Notes: generated by a model not told the origin, from the letters alone. Shown: positions 1 through 7,935, numbered from the stretch's first letter. The stretch is DNA of 32,000 bases from Ktedonobacterales bacterium (GCA_030167145.1 CP126532.1:1080001-1112000), one strand, 5' to 3'. Made by a program: numbers and translations.

Positions 1-65
1 AAACCCCCGTCCCCCAGGTCTGACATGCGCCCATTCGGCACACAGCGCAAAAAGCAGACAACGTC

Positions 66-129
66 CCATCGTCATCCGCCTGCTCGTCATGTGCCTGCTC
101 GTCATGTGCCTGCTCGTCATGTGCCTGCT
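66..129. repeat. 15-bp tandem repeat tgctcgtcatgtgcc: three perfect copies (81-125), a degenerate copy upstream (66-80, 10/15 matches) and a 4-nt partial copy
   Basis: Read directly from the sequence. It lies 8 nt downstream of the stop (138-140) of the minus-strand MFS gene. Confidence 0.9.
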
Positions 130-137
130 GTGGCCAT

Positions 138-1448
138 TTATGGCCGAGCGCCAGTGCTTCGGTGCGGCGCATCTGGCTGAGGGACACGCCGGAAGATCCG
201 CCACAGCGCCAGATCATATATCGCCTTCAGCCCGCCCGCCACCAGCAGCGGCAAACCCAACACCACCAGCGGCCCCTGCAACAGCGCCCCCGCCAGCACC
301 GGACTCGACGCCGAGCCAGCGCTGCGCGCCAGCGATGTCACGCTCGCCGTAGCCGTGCGTTCGCCCGGCTCGACCAGCGCCATTGTGTACGCCTGCCGTG
401 TCGGCACATCCAACTGCGAGAGCGTCTGCCGCAGCAACAAGGTGATCGCCGCCAGCGGAAACGTCGGCATTAGCGGCACCAGAACCAGCAGCACATTGCT
501 CGGCAAATGTGTAAACACCATCGTATTCAGCAACCCAAAGCGCCGCGCCAGCGCGGGCGCCGCCAGGAACGACAACGCCGCCAGCAGATTCGCGCCGAAG
601 AACAGCACCGCCAGCGTATCCAGAGGAATACCGAACCGCAAATGGAAGAACAATGCCAGCAACGTCTGGGTCACAAAGCCGCCCGCGAACGCATCTACGC
701 TATACAGCCCGGCCAGCCGCAGCACCATCCCGCGCGACGCACCCAGCACCGGCAGCGGCAACCGATGCCAGGGCGACCTACGCTGGCCCGCCGCGGGCGG
801 CGCGTCTGCAACTGCGGACACCGCCTCTGGCTCATCGGCTTTGCGCGCCACCAGCGAATCGTGCGCCTCGACGGCAGGCGAGAGATGCGCCGCCAGCCAC
901 GCCACCACCAGCGCCGCCAGCGCATACAGCGCAAATGGCACGAACAGGCTCACCCGCGCGGCCACGCCATGCCGCACCAGCAGATCGGGCAGCCCAGCCG
1001 CGAGTGCGCCCAGTGCCCCAGCCAGCGAAGCGACCAGGTTATAGCGTGCGAACAAAGCCGTGCGCCCATGCGATGGCCCCACCTGAGCCAGCATCGCCTG
1101 CTCGATGGGCAAGAACGGCGCGGTCTCTGAGGCCGAGGTGCCCAGTGTCCCGCAGAAGGCCACTACCAGCAACAGCGGATACCACCCCAACACACCAAAG
1201 ATGAGGCCCGTCAGCGCCATTACCACCGCCAGCACGGTGAGGGTGCGCCGCCGTCCCCACGCATCGGCCCACCGCCCAATCACCAGCGTTCCCGCGAAAT
1301 CGCCCGCCAGCGAGACCGTCACCAGCGCGCCAATCGCCGCGGGCGAGAGTCCGCGGTCCGTCAGCGACACCGCCAGCACAATCGCCAGCATGCCATACGC
1401 CGCCTGGCGCAGCCCGCGCATCGCCGCGAGTCGCCGTGCGTCACTCAT
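138..1448 (-). CDS. MFS transporter (12-TMS type)
   Basis: 436-aa hydrophobic ORF with an MFS motif-A-like GRWADAWGRRRTL between predicted TM2 and TM3. ATG at 1448. It starts 30 nt downstream of the preceding minus-strand gene. Confidence 0.85.
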   Translation of the reverse strand: MSDARRLAAMRGLRQAAYGMLAIVLAVSLTDRGLSPAAIGALVTVSLAGDFAGTLVIGRWADAWGRRRTLTVLAVVMALTGLIFGVLGWYPLLLVVAFCGTLGTSASETAPFLPIEQAMLAQVGPSHGRTALFARYNLVASLAGALGALAAGLPDLLVRHGVAARVSLFVPFALYALAALVVAWLAAHLSPAVEAHDSLVARKADEPEAVSAVADAPPAAGQRRSPWHRLPLPVLGASRGMVLRLAGLYSVDAFAGGFVTQTLLALFFHLRFGIPLDTLAVLFFGANLLAALSFLAAPALARRFGLLNTMVFTHLPSNVLLVLVPLMPTFPLAAITLLLRQTLSQLDVPTRQAYTMALVEPGERTATASVTSLARSAGSASSPVLAGALLQGPLVVLGLPLLVAGGLKAIYDLALWRIFRRVPQPDAPHRSTGARP

Positions 1449-1478
1449 TCCAGTACACCATACAGTCTTTCCTGGCTC

Positions 1479-1943
1479 CTATGCCTTGAACGCGCCGTTT
1501 GGTCTGCCCTGCGTCACCATGACCTGGCAGTACGCATAGAGCGCATCATACACAATGCTCTCCGCCGCCAGCATCGCATGGTCGTCCACCAATCCCAGAT
1601 GGCGGAAGCCCTCGGCGATAGCCTCCAGGCCAGGGCCTTCCGGCTGCTGCCACAGCGCATTATCGGTATCCGCGCCATTGACGATCTTGCCCAACAACGC
1701 CAGCGCGGGATCGTTCATCAAATTGAACTTGCGCAGGATTGCCTCGAATGAGCATTCCTGGCCGTGATGCCCCAACTCGACCCCTTTGACATCGTATGAT
1801 ATCGCCCCTTCCCGCTGGGCGATCTCCATCACCTGATCGGCTGGCGCGAACAGAAACTCCGCCTGTGGGTCAACGAACTTCTTGATGAGCCACGGGCAGG
1901 CAACCCGATCCACTTTGACGTGCTCACGTGTGATCCACTTCAT
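1479..1943 (-). CDS. Stand-alone ChrB C-terminal (Chrome_Resist-type) domain protein, paralog 2
   Basis: MKWITREHVKVDRVACPWLIKKFVDPQAEFLF ... HHGQECSFEAIL matches the hallmark WxTRxxxxVDRxAxAWLIRRFIDP ... H.G..C[ST]FE pattern of ChrB C-domains. AAGGAG lies upstream of the ATG. Confidence 0.8.
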   Translation of the reverse strand: MKWITREHVKVDRVACPWLIKKFVDPQAEFLFAPADQVMEIAQREGAISYDVKGVELGHHGQECSFEAILRKFNLMNDPALALLGKIVNGADTDNALWQQPEGPGLEAIAEGFRHLGLVDDHAMLAAESIVYDALYAYCQVMVTQGRPNGAFKA

Positions 1944-2067
1944 AAGGTGTTGCGCTCCTTTGTCTGGATAATAGGCACTTCGATACTATGGCAACGCACT
2001 CCGCAAGACTTCTCCAACGCTGGCGCTGAGTGATTATCTGGCCGCCGCCACAAGACCGGAACTTCGT

Positions 2068-2982
2068 TTACACCTCCTCGTAGACCACCGCACGGCAGGT
2101 GTCTGGCAGGAAAACATAGAGCAACTGTCGCTGATCGTCGTAGGCGGTGGTGTGTGTGCCATCTTCGGTCGGAATGTGCTGCTCAATGGTCATAGATCTT
2201 GTATTGACGACTTCTAGGACACCAGGCTGGTCAATAGCGACATAGAGCCGCGAGTGTTTGCGATTGAACCATATCGCATCCGGAGGTCCAGCAATGGGTG
2301 TGCTCGCTAGCTCCTGCCCGGTCGTCAGATCCAGCGCGACAACCGATGCCGCGTCACAGGCAATGAAGGCTTGACGCGTCGTGGAGTCAATGTCCAGGCC
2401 ATGAGGACCTGCACTGGATATCGGAAACTGCGCGATCACCTGCGCCGTATGCGCATCGAGAGCAACGACACACGCTGGCTCGCGGATGTTGACAAGAAAT
2501 CGCTCAGCCTGGTAGTCATAGACACACCAGCGCGGCCTACCAGGCAACGCGGCAATGGCATGCACCCGACCAGCGCCCCCGGCACGGGGATCGGTGAAAT
2601 CCAGAAGACGTGCGGTGTTCTCTTGTACATCGGCGACCAACAGACGTTTATTGACGGCATCCCAGGTGAGGCCGTTGGGACGCGGCCCAACTTCCACTTC
2701 ACATAGAAGAGCGCCAGTCATCACGTCAAATGCCAGAAGCTTGCCTGCGCCACGCGCAGCGGCAAAGACGACGCCAGCGTCCTGCGCGCAGATCACCCCG
2801 CTGCCTTCCGGGCAACCGGGAAGCGTCATGAGGTGCTGGCCTTGCTCGCCGTCCAGCATCTCGACGGTATTCACTGCGGTATGAGCGACGTAGACACGGC
2901 CGGTTGCCAGATGCACATCGCCGTGATCGAATTCACTGGTTGTTCCAGGTGGAATCGCGATGTGGCGCCGAAGTTGTAGCAT
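2068..2982 (-). CDS. YncE/YVTN-like beta-propeller repeat protein (cytoplasmic; no signal peptide seen)
   Basis: 304-aa ORF with repeated blade-like segments (...RVYVAHT..N.V..LD...; ...RLLVADV...; ...RLYVAI...). GAGGAG SD lies 7 nt before the ATG at 2982. Confidence 0.65.
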   Translation of the reverse strand: MLQLRRHIAIPPGTTSEFDHGDVHLATGRVYVAHTAVNTVEMLDGEQGQHLMTLPGCPEGSGVICAQDAGVVFAAARGAGKLLAFDVMTGALLCEVEVGPRPNGLTWDAVNKRLLVADVQENTARLLDFTDPRAGGAGRVHAIAALPGRPRWCVYDYQAERFLVNIREPACVVALDAHTAQVIAQFPISSAGPHGLDIDSTTRQAFIACDAASVVALDLTTGQELASTPIAGPPDAIWFNRKHSRLYVAIDQPGVLEVVNTRSMTIEQHIPTEDGTHTTAYDDQRQLLYVFLPDTCRAVVYEEV

Positions 2983-3016
2983 TTCGTACTCCTCTCAGGT
3001 CAGGCGAAATCAGCCG

Positions 3017-3436
3017 TTAGTTCGCTTCGCTTGCCAACTGGGCGTAGAGGGCATCGAAGAGCAGTGCGCCCCGCTCCAGCGCGACATGATCGTCCGAGCT
3101 GACACGCCGAAGGCCACGGCAGAGCGCATCAAGACCTGGAGCCAGCGGCTCTAACGCAATCTCCTGCACTACGTCGGCTTCATCTACGATGCGAGCGATA
3201 CGCTGAAGGATCGGATCGGTCAGGTCATACTTGCGTAGAGTTGTATAGAACGAGCAGTGCCCGCGCCTGTGCGATAGCCGCGCACCTGGTATATCAAATG
3301 GCTCAGCGCCATCTGGCAGCGGCTTGGCGCCAACAGGAATAAAGAGGAATTCAGCGTTGCTATCAATGGAGCGCCGAATCAGCCAGGCGCAGGCCATCCG
3401 GTCAACACCGACCTGTTCCCAGGTAACCCATTTCAC
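3017..3436 (-). CDS. ChrB C-terminal (Chrome_Resist-type) domain protein, paralog 1
   Basis: MKWVTWEQVGVDRMACAWLIRRSIDSNAEFLF ... HRRGHCSFYTTL. The start is GTG, overlapping the upstream stop as GTGA (3433-3436). Confidence 0.8.
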   Translation of the reverse strand: MKWVTWEQVGVDRMACAWLIRRSIDSNAEFLFIPVGAKPLPDGAEPFDIPGARLSHRRGHCSFYTTLRKYDLTDPILQRIARIVDEADVVQEIALEPLAPGLDALCRGLRRVSSDDHVALERGALLFDALYAQLASEAN

Positions 3437-3900
3437 TGGTCTTGCCTTCCTCCCGCTTCTCTGGCTGTCTCAAGTACACTACGAACTTGCTGCCCAAGCT
3501 CCGAGTGAAAGTAATCTTGCAAATACACTTGTTGGTAGCGCTGAGCCACCGCTGCCAGATCCGCGTCATCGGTCGCAAGTTCGGCAAGCAACTCGCGGTA
3601 ATGTGGCTCGACTAGCCCTAGAAACTGCTGTACGAGCGCCTCATCCCGGCCTGCCAGATTCAGATGCGCCTCCCAAACCAGTGCGCTTCCGTCGAACTCA
3701 CTGATTTCGGCGGCAAGCCACTGGAACTGTTCGAGCGTGAAAGCGGTTGCGGGCAGCACCCAGACCGCATCGTGCAGCAGCAACGCGCCTAGCCGCTTGA
3801 GTTTGCGCCAGATGTAGACACGCCGCGCCGACGGCGTTGGCGGAATTTTGTAGTGTAGCAGCACCCACCGGCGCACATTTCCGTCCTTCTTTGGTTGCAC
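3433..3900 (-). CDS. ChrB N-terminal domain protein (putative DNA-binding half of a split ChrB)
   Basis: RRWVLLHYKIPPTPSARRVYIWRKLKRLGALLLHDAVWVLP resembles the N-terminus of full-length ChrB regulators. GTG start at 3900. The stop overlaps the next gene's start. Confidence 0.7.
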   Translation of the reverse strand: MQPKKDGNVRRWVLLHYKIPPTPSARRVYIWRKLKRLGALLLHDAVWVLPATAFTLEQFQWLAAEISEFDGSALVWEAHLNLAGRDEALVQQFLGLVEPHYRELLAELATDDADLAAVAQRYQQVYLQDYFHSELGQQVRSVLETAREAGGRQDQ

Positions 3901-4030
3901 ATGACTCGCCCCACGAGCGGACGAGTGTATAGGGTGGCGCCCTAAGCGGCGTGGTACCCACCACGATTAGCAACCCAGATGCTTTCATGTCTGCTATGCA
4001 CTCACTGAGACACTATCGTGGCGCTGTCTA

Positions 4031-4046
4031 TGTAACAACGGTTACA
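4031..4046 (-). promoter_or_regulatory. Perfect inverted repeat TGTAAC-N4-GTTACA, a candidate operator over the predicted transcription start
   Basis: The palindrome was read directly. It abuts the -10 hexamer of the promoter at 4046-4074. Confidence 0.5.
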
Positions 4047-4074
4047 TTGTACCCAATGCTGCACAAAAATGCAA
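4046..4074 (-). promoter_or_regulatory. Sigma-70-type promoter TTGCAT-17 nt-TACAAT for the chrB-like operon
   Basis: On the minus strand the -35 TTGCAT is at 4074-4069 and the -10 TACAAT at 4051-4046, with an exact 17-nt spacer. It lies about 140 nt upstream of the GTG at 3900. Confidence 0.6.
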
Positions 4075-4086
4075 TGAGCGCATCTC

Positions 4087-4134
4087 AACACAAACCGAAA
4101 GGCGGCCCGCGAGCCTCATGCTCCACGTGCCGCC
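4087..4134 (-). terminator. Possible intrinsic terminator after the 4169-4957 gene
   Basis: Minus strand: GGCGGC ... GCCGCC stem with an inner GAGC/GCTC pairing, followed by TTTCGGTTTGTGTT. The loop is long, so the call is weak. Confidence 0.35.
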
Positions 4135-4168
4135 TCGCCGAAGGGCGTGTATCTGCGATTCGCGCGGA

Positions 4169-4957
4169 CTACGCCGCCGGGGTCGCCGTCACCTGCGCGC
4201 CACCAGACGCCGAGGTGTCCGACTTCAGCATGCCAACAATATTCTTCAGATCAGCGCCCGCGTTCTTGAGGTCAGTAAACGCTTGTTTCTCATCATTCTT
4301 GAGGTTGCCAAGCGCGGTCAGGTAGGCAGATTGATTGTTGTTGAAGTTCTCCGGCGTCAGTTGCGGCAGCTCACCCTGCGCCGCGTCAATCTGCGACTCC
4401 GCATCGCCGAGTTGGTTCTTGTAGTCCGTGAACCAGGCGTTGAGTTGCGTCTGCTGGTCCGCCGGGGCCTTGCTGATCGCGTCGGCAATCTTGCCCTCCA
4501 TGCCCACCAGCTTATCGTGCAGGTTGATCATGCGATCCAGGAACAGGGTGCGATAATCGCGCGGCAACACCACCGCGTAGATGCGGAACTGAAGGAAGAT
4601 GTTCTTCACATCCGTGCGCGCCGTCGTAGCGTCGGTATCGCCATCCAGCTTGGCCTTCAAATTGGTCAGCCCTGTCTGGTTCGTCGAAACGTCGGCCTCA
4701 AGCGCATTCGCCTGATCGCTGCTGATGCGCTTCGCGGTGAGGGCGGCGGTCACTCTGGCGTTCAGCGCGGTCAGCGATGCCTGGCGCGCGGCGATCAGGG
4801 CGTCGCCAACGCCGATGATGCACTTCACATTGCCGGCACACCCCCCCACCGAGGGCGCGGCCAGCGCCGTCGCTGGAATCGCGGCGCAGAGCGAGAGGAT
4901 GGTCAGCGCGCCCAACAGTATGGCGCGAAAAGGACGCTTGCGGAAAAATGTCAACAT
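4169..4957 (-). CDS. Secreted hypothetical protein, predicted helical
   Basis: N-terminal signal peptide MLTFFRKRPFRAILLGALTILSLCAAIPATALA/AP. AGGAG SD lies 9 nt before the ATG. No family recognised. Confidence 0.7.
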   Translation of the reverse strand: MLTFFRKRPFRAILLGALTILSLCAAIPATALAAPSVGGCAGNVKCIIGVGDALIAARQASLTALNARVTAALTAKRISSDQANALEADVSTNQTGLTNLKAKLDGDTDATTARTDVKNIFLQFRIYAVVLPRDYRTLFLDRMINLHDKLVGMEGKIADAISKAPADQQTQLNAWFTDYKNQLGDAESQIDAAQGELPQLTPENFNNNQSAYLTALGNLKNDEKQAFTDLKNAGADLKNIVGMLKSDTSASGGAQVTATPAA

Positions 4958-5011
4958 GGTCGAGACTCCTGCTATCCTGAAGATTCACACAGTCCATCAC
5001 GGCGCCAGGCG

Positions 5012-5323
5012 CTACGGATTGACCGGGTTTTCCTGACTGGCATTGTCGGCGTTGGTTACGTCGTTGCTGGCGCCATTCAATTCGTTGAATTGCTGCTGAA
5101 TATCCTGATAGCTGCTGATCACCTGCGACGCGGAACTGTTGTCGCCGCCGCTGGTCTGGCCGCCCTGCTGTGTGGCGCTCGTCGAGGTTGTATTCGCGCC
5201 GTTGCTGCTCTGTTCACGGTGTCCGAGCCGCCCGCCGCAAGCCGAAAGCGCCAGCCCCATCACCAACAAGCCAACCACCAGTACGGCCAGCGCGCGCCGC
5301 CGGAACCGCATGTGTTGTGTCAT
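5012..5323 (-). CDS. Small lipoprotein (hypothetical), S/T/N/Q-rich
   Basis: The internal start at 5323 has a GAGGAG SD. The signal ends in the lipobox L-S-A-C. The longer 149-aa ORF in the track lacks an SD. Confidence 0.6.
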   Translation of the reverse strand: MTQHMRFRRRALAVLVVGLLVMGLALSACGGRLGHREQSSNGANTTSTSATQQGGQTSGGDNSSASQVISSYQDIQQQFNELNGASNDVTNADNASQENPVNP

Positions 5324-5558
5324 ACCGCTGCTCCTCACATATGAAAAGAATTGAGCGATGTTCCTGCTTCGGCGTCCACCAATGGGCATGCGAAGCCTCA
5401 CTGAGGCTATGCTAGTCGTCACGGCTGAGGATCGGCTGAGCAGTTCTTTAGAAAATGCCAAGAAAGCGTCAGGGTTACTTTTGGGTAGGTGTGCGTCCGC
5501 TCATCCAAAGACGCGGGCCATGTGTATGTGCAGGTGAGGGTACCCGCAGGAGCATCTC

Positions 5559-6077
5559 GTGAGTCTCCATCTCATGCGCCTGAAATCGGTCAGGCGCGCG
5601 CCATCCACCACTCCGCCCGCGAAGGTTTCACAAACGGACTGGCTGGTGGCAGTTACTATCGTCGGCGCTGGCGTCGTCTGTTTCGCGCTGTTGCTCTGGG
5701 GGCATTTGGGCCTCAGCGCATGGCTTCATCCGCCCGCGCCCACCGCGACACAGCTCGTCACCACTGCCGGACCCTACGCAGTGACGGCGCGGCTGGCATC
5801 GGGCCAGCTCACAGCCGGTGGCCCCAACAGCGTTGTCCTTGCCGTGCGCGATCACGCGGGCTACCCGCTCACCAACGTCAAAATCGAGGTGCGGGCCACC
5901 ATGACCACCATGGCTATGGACGCGCCCGCGATACCGGTGCGCGCCAGCGCAAACGGTCAGTTTCTGGCCAATCCACGCTTCGGCATGGCTGGCACCTGGC
6001 GGCTGGACGTGATCATCACCGCGCCCGGCCAGATGGCGCAACACGCAAGCTTCAGTGTCAGTGTCCGGTGGGGCTGA
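5559..6077 (+). CDS. Membrane-anchored FixH/YtkA-like domain protein
   Basis: GTG start with AGGAG 6 nt upstream and one N-terminal TM helix. The Ig-like segment ...NSVVLAVRDHAGYPLTNVKIEVRATMTTMAMDAP...GTWRLDVII is typical of YtkA/FixH domains. Confidence 0.6.
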   Translation: MSLHLMRLKSVRRAPSTTPPAKVSQTDWLVAVTIVGAGVVCFALLLWGHLGLSAWLHPPAPTATQLVTTAGPYAVTARLASGQLTAGGPNSVVLAVRDHAGYPLTNVKIEVRATMTTMAMDAPAIPVRASANGQFLANPRFGMAGTWRLDVIITAPGQMAQHASFSVSVRWG

Positions 6078-6125
6078 TTCGCGTCCCACCGCACTGCAAT
6101 CGCATCCTTGAAAGGACCACCTCTC

Positions 6126-6518
6126 ATGGCCAATATCGCCAAACTCTACGCGCAACTGCTGGGCATCGTGCTGACACTGGTCGGCCTATTGGGCTTCGTC
6201 GGCGCGCTCGCCCCCGATAGCCGCCTACTGGGCATCTTCGCGATTGATCCGTTCCACAACGTCATCCACCTGCTTTCAGGTATCGTCGGCCTCCTCGCTG
6301 GTTTCGCTGCTGGCAGCCGGTATGCGCGCCTGTATGCAGGTGTCTTCGGCGTCGTCTACGGGCTGGTCACCGTCGTCGGCTTCATTCAGGGCACGACCGT
6401 TCTGGGCCTCATCTCGGTCAATCTGGCGGATAACGTGCTGCACCTGCTGATCGCGGTAGCGTCGCTGGGAGTGTTCTTTCTCTCCAGCGACACCACCACT
6501 GCTCCGGCCCGCGCCTGA
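6126..6518 (+). CDS. DUF4383-like small membrane protein
   Basis: Four hydrophobic helices with the FxxNxxHNVIHLLxG and DNVLHLLI motifs. AAAGGA lies 9 nt before the ATG at 6126. The track ORF starts at a TTG at 6108. Confidence 0.65.
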   Translation: MANIAKLYAQLLGIVLTLVGLLGFVGALAPDSRLLGIFAIDPFHNVIHLLSGIVGLLAGFAAGSRYARLYAGVFGVVYGLVTVVGFIQGTTVLGLISVNLADNVLHLLIAVASLGVFFLSSDTTTAPARA

Positions 6519-6608
6519 GACAATGAGGTTTCTTGCGTCATTCTGGATACTGGGCCGGCCTCGCTCTCGCTTCGCCTTGAGACCAGCCTAGCGCCGTGGT
6601 TCATGGGG

Positions 6609-7013
6609 TCACCGGGGTTGCTGGCCGTACTCTTCGTCAGTCACGTGCTCGCCCCAGGTCGCGCTATTGCCTGCGTCGTCCACCTGGAGCATTGCGAGGT
6701 GGGTCATGAAGCGGTTGGGGGCCGCGCCGTGCCAGTGATCCTCACCTGGCTCGAAGAACACACGGTCACCGGGGCGGATGACCTCCACTGGCCCGCCGCG
6801 CCGCTGGCACAGGCCCATGCCCTCGGTGACATAGATGGTCTGGCCGTTGGGGTGGGTATGCCAGGCCGTGCGGGCGCCCGGCGTGAAGTGGACACTGCTC
6901 GCGCTTAGCCGCGAGGCCGCTGACGGCATCGCGACCGCGTCAACGTAGACCGCGCCCGTGAACCACTCGCTCGGCCCAGCCATGGTCTCGATAGAGTTCT
7001 TGGTGACCTGCAT
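6609..7013 (-). CDS. Cupin domain protein
   Basis: Cupin motifs are G.RTAWHTHPNGQ and PGEDHWHGA. GGAGAA SD precedes the ATG at 7013. Confidence 0.75.
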   Translation of the reverse strand: MQVTKNSIETMAGPSEWFTGAVYVDAVAMPSAASRLSASSVHFTPGARTAWHTHPNGQTIYVTEGMGLCQRRGGPVEVIRPGDRVFFEPGEDHWHGAAPNRFMTHLAMLQVDDAGNSATWGEHVTDEEYGQQPR

Positions 7014-7074
7014 GTCGTTCTCCGTGTCTTGTTGTGGGACCCATTCAGTTCTCATAAACTACGTGGTTGTTGCA

Positions 7075-7467
7075 CTACGGGTTCGTTCCGCGCGGCACGA
7101 GTTTGAGTGTCGCGGCTCGTGCTTGTGGGGTGAGGGTGGTATTGACAATACCCGTGGCATAGCGGCGGTACTTGGCACGGTAGGCGGCGTCTATGGCGTT
7201 GTTCACATCGTCGCTGGCGTCCACCTCCACCAAGGTGACGTCTTTCTCGACGCCGCTGGCCTGGATGTGGCCTTCATGGCGCGCCTGCGCGGCGCGGAAC
7301 CAGCCGCCGCCACGCCCGTTCACGGAGCGGACATAGAGATTGTCGCCGTGGCGCACGACCCAGATCGTCACCGATGTGCGCAGTGTCCCATTGCGACGCT
7401 CCAGCGCAATCTCCAGCTCTTCTGCTGCCCCAATCCTGGTAAGCTCGTCATTGCTCCATGTCGCCAT
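7075..7467 (-). CDS. DUF2255 family protein
   Basis: MATWSNDELTRIGAAEELEIALERRNGTLR..VTIWVVRHGDNLYVRSVNG...AYRAKYRRY is typical of DUF2255. It has its own perfect AAGGAGG SD 7 nt before the ATG at 7467. Confidence 0.75.
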   Translation of the reverse strand: MATWSNDELTRIGAAEELEIALERRNGTLRTSVTIWVVRHGDNLYVRSVNGRGGGWFRAAQARHEGHIQASGVEKDVTLVEVDASDDVNNAIDAAYRAKYRRYATGIVNTTLTPQARAATLKLVPRGTNP

Positions 7468-7821
7468 AGGTATGCCTCCTTCGTATGTGATGCCAGGTGC
7501 GGTGTAGGCGTCAATGGCTACGCGAGCCATAACGGCACACCGTACCGTATGCGCAAGACGCCCGAAGGTTTCGATGGTCCTGCCAAGGGCCGCCCGCACC
7601 TCCGCGTCCTGCCGCACGTCGCACGTGACGGCGAGCGCCCGCCCGCCAGCCGCTTCGATCATCCGGGCCGTTTCCTGGCTGCCCGGTTCCGACACGTCGG
7701 CGACCACGACGCTGGCGCCCGCGCGGGCGAATGCCAGGGCGGTAGCCCGGCCAATGCCGCTTCCCGCTCCGGTGATAAACGCGACCTTTCCCGCGTAGCT
7801 TCCGTTCAGGTTCGTTGCCAT
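7468..7821 (-). pseudogene. Short-chain dehydrogenase (SDR) remnant read in frame into the DUF2255 gene
   Basis: The Rossmann N-terminus KVAFITGAGSGIGRATALAFARAG...CDV...TIETFGRL is intact with an AAGGAGAA SD (ATG 7821). The central catalytic part (NNAG, S, YxxxK) is missing. Only a possible C-terminal trace remains (VAIDAYTAP versus VDGGYTA). Confidence 0.6.
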
Positions 7822-7910
7822 GTGGTTCTCCTTGCCACTCGCTTTGTTGCTCACGTCTCTGATGAATGGCATCGTCGCGACGATGGTGTGGTAGCCGACG
7901 ATGGGTTACC

Positions 7911-7935
7911 GTCAGTTGCTGTCAGTTGCTGTCAG
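7911..7935. repeat. 10-bp tandem repeat gtcagttgct x2.5 spanning a stop codon
   Basis: Read directly. The TGA stop of the 7922-8317 gene lies inside the second copy. Confidence 0.85.

Noticed and set aside
66-129. The tandem repeats (also 7911-7935, 21884-21909 and 30611-30676) as CRISPR arrays
   Set aside because: The copies are directly adjacent with no spacers, the units are only 10-33 bp, and no cas genes are present.
138-1448. The MFS transporter as the missing ChrA of the chrB-like cluster
   Set aside because: The sequence has MFS motif A and 12-TMS organisation. It does not have the duplicated CHR-domain pattern of ChrA, so it is not a ChrA homolog.
4118-5344. 408-aa plus-strand ORF spanning two minus-strand genes
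   Set aside because: It is antisense to two ORFs that have signal peptides and SD sites. Its translation is Arg/Leu/Gly-rich low complexity with no motif. This is the usual shadow ORF of a G+C-rich genome.
7075-7872. Reading the 265-aa ORF as a single functional SDR-DUF2255 enzyme
   Set aside because: The SDR part lacks the whole catalytic core, and the DUF2255 part has its own perfect AAGGAGG and ATG. I therefore treat it as a gene remnant plus an intact gene (see findings).
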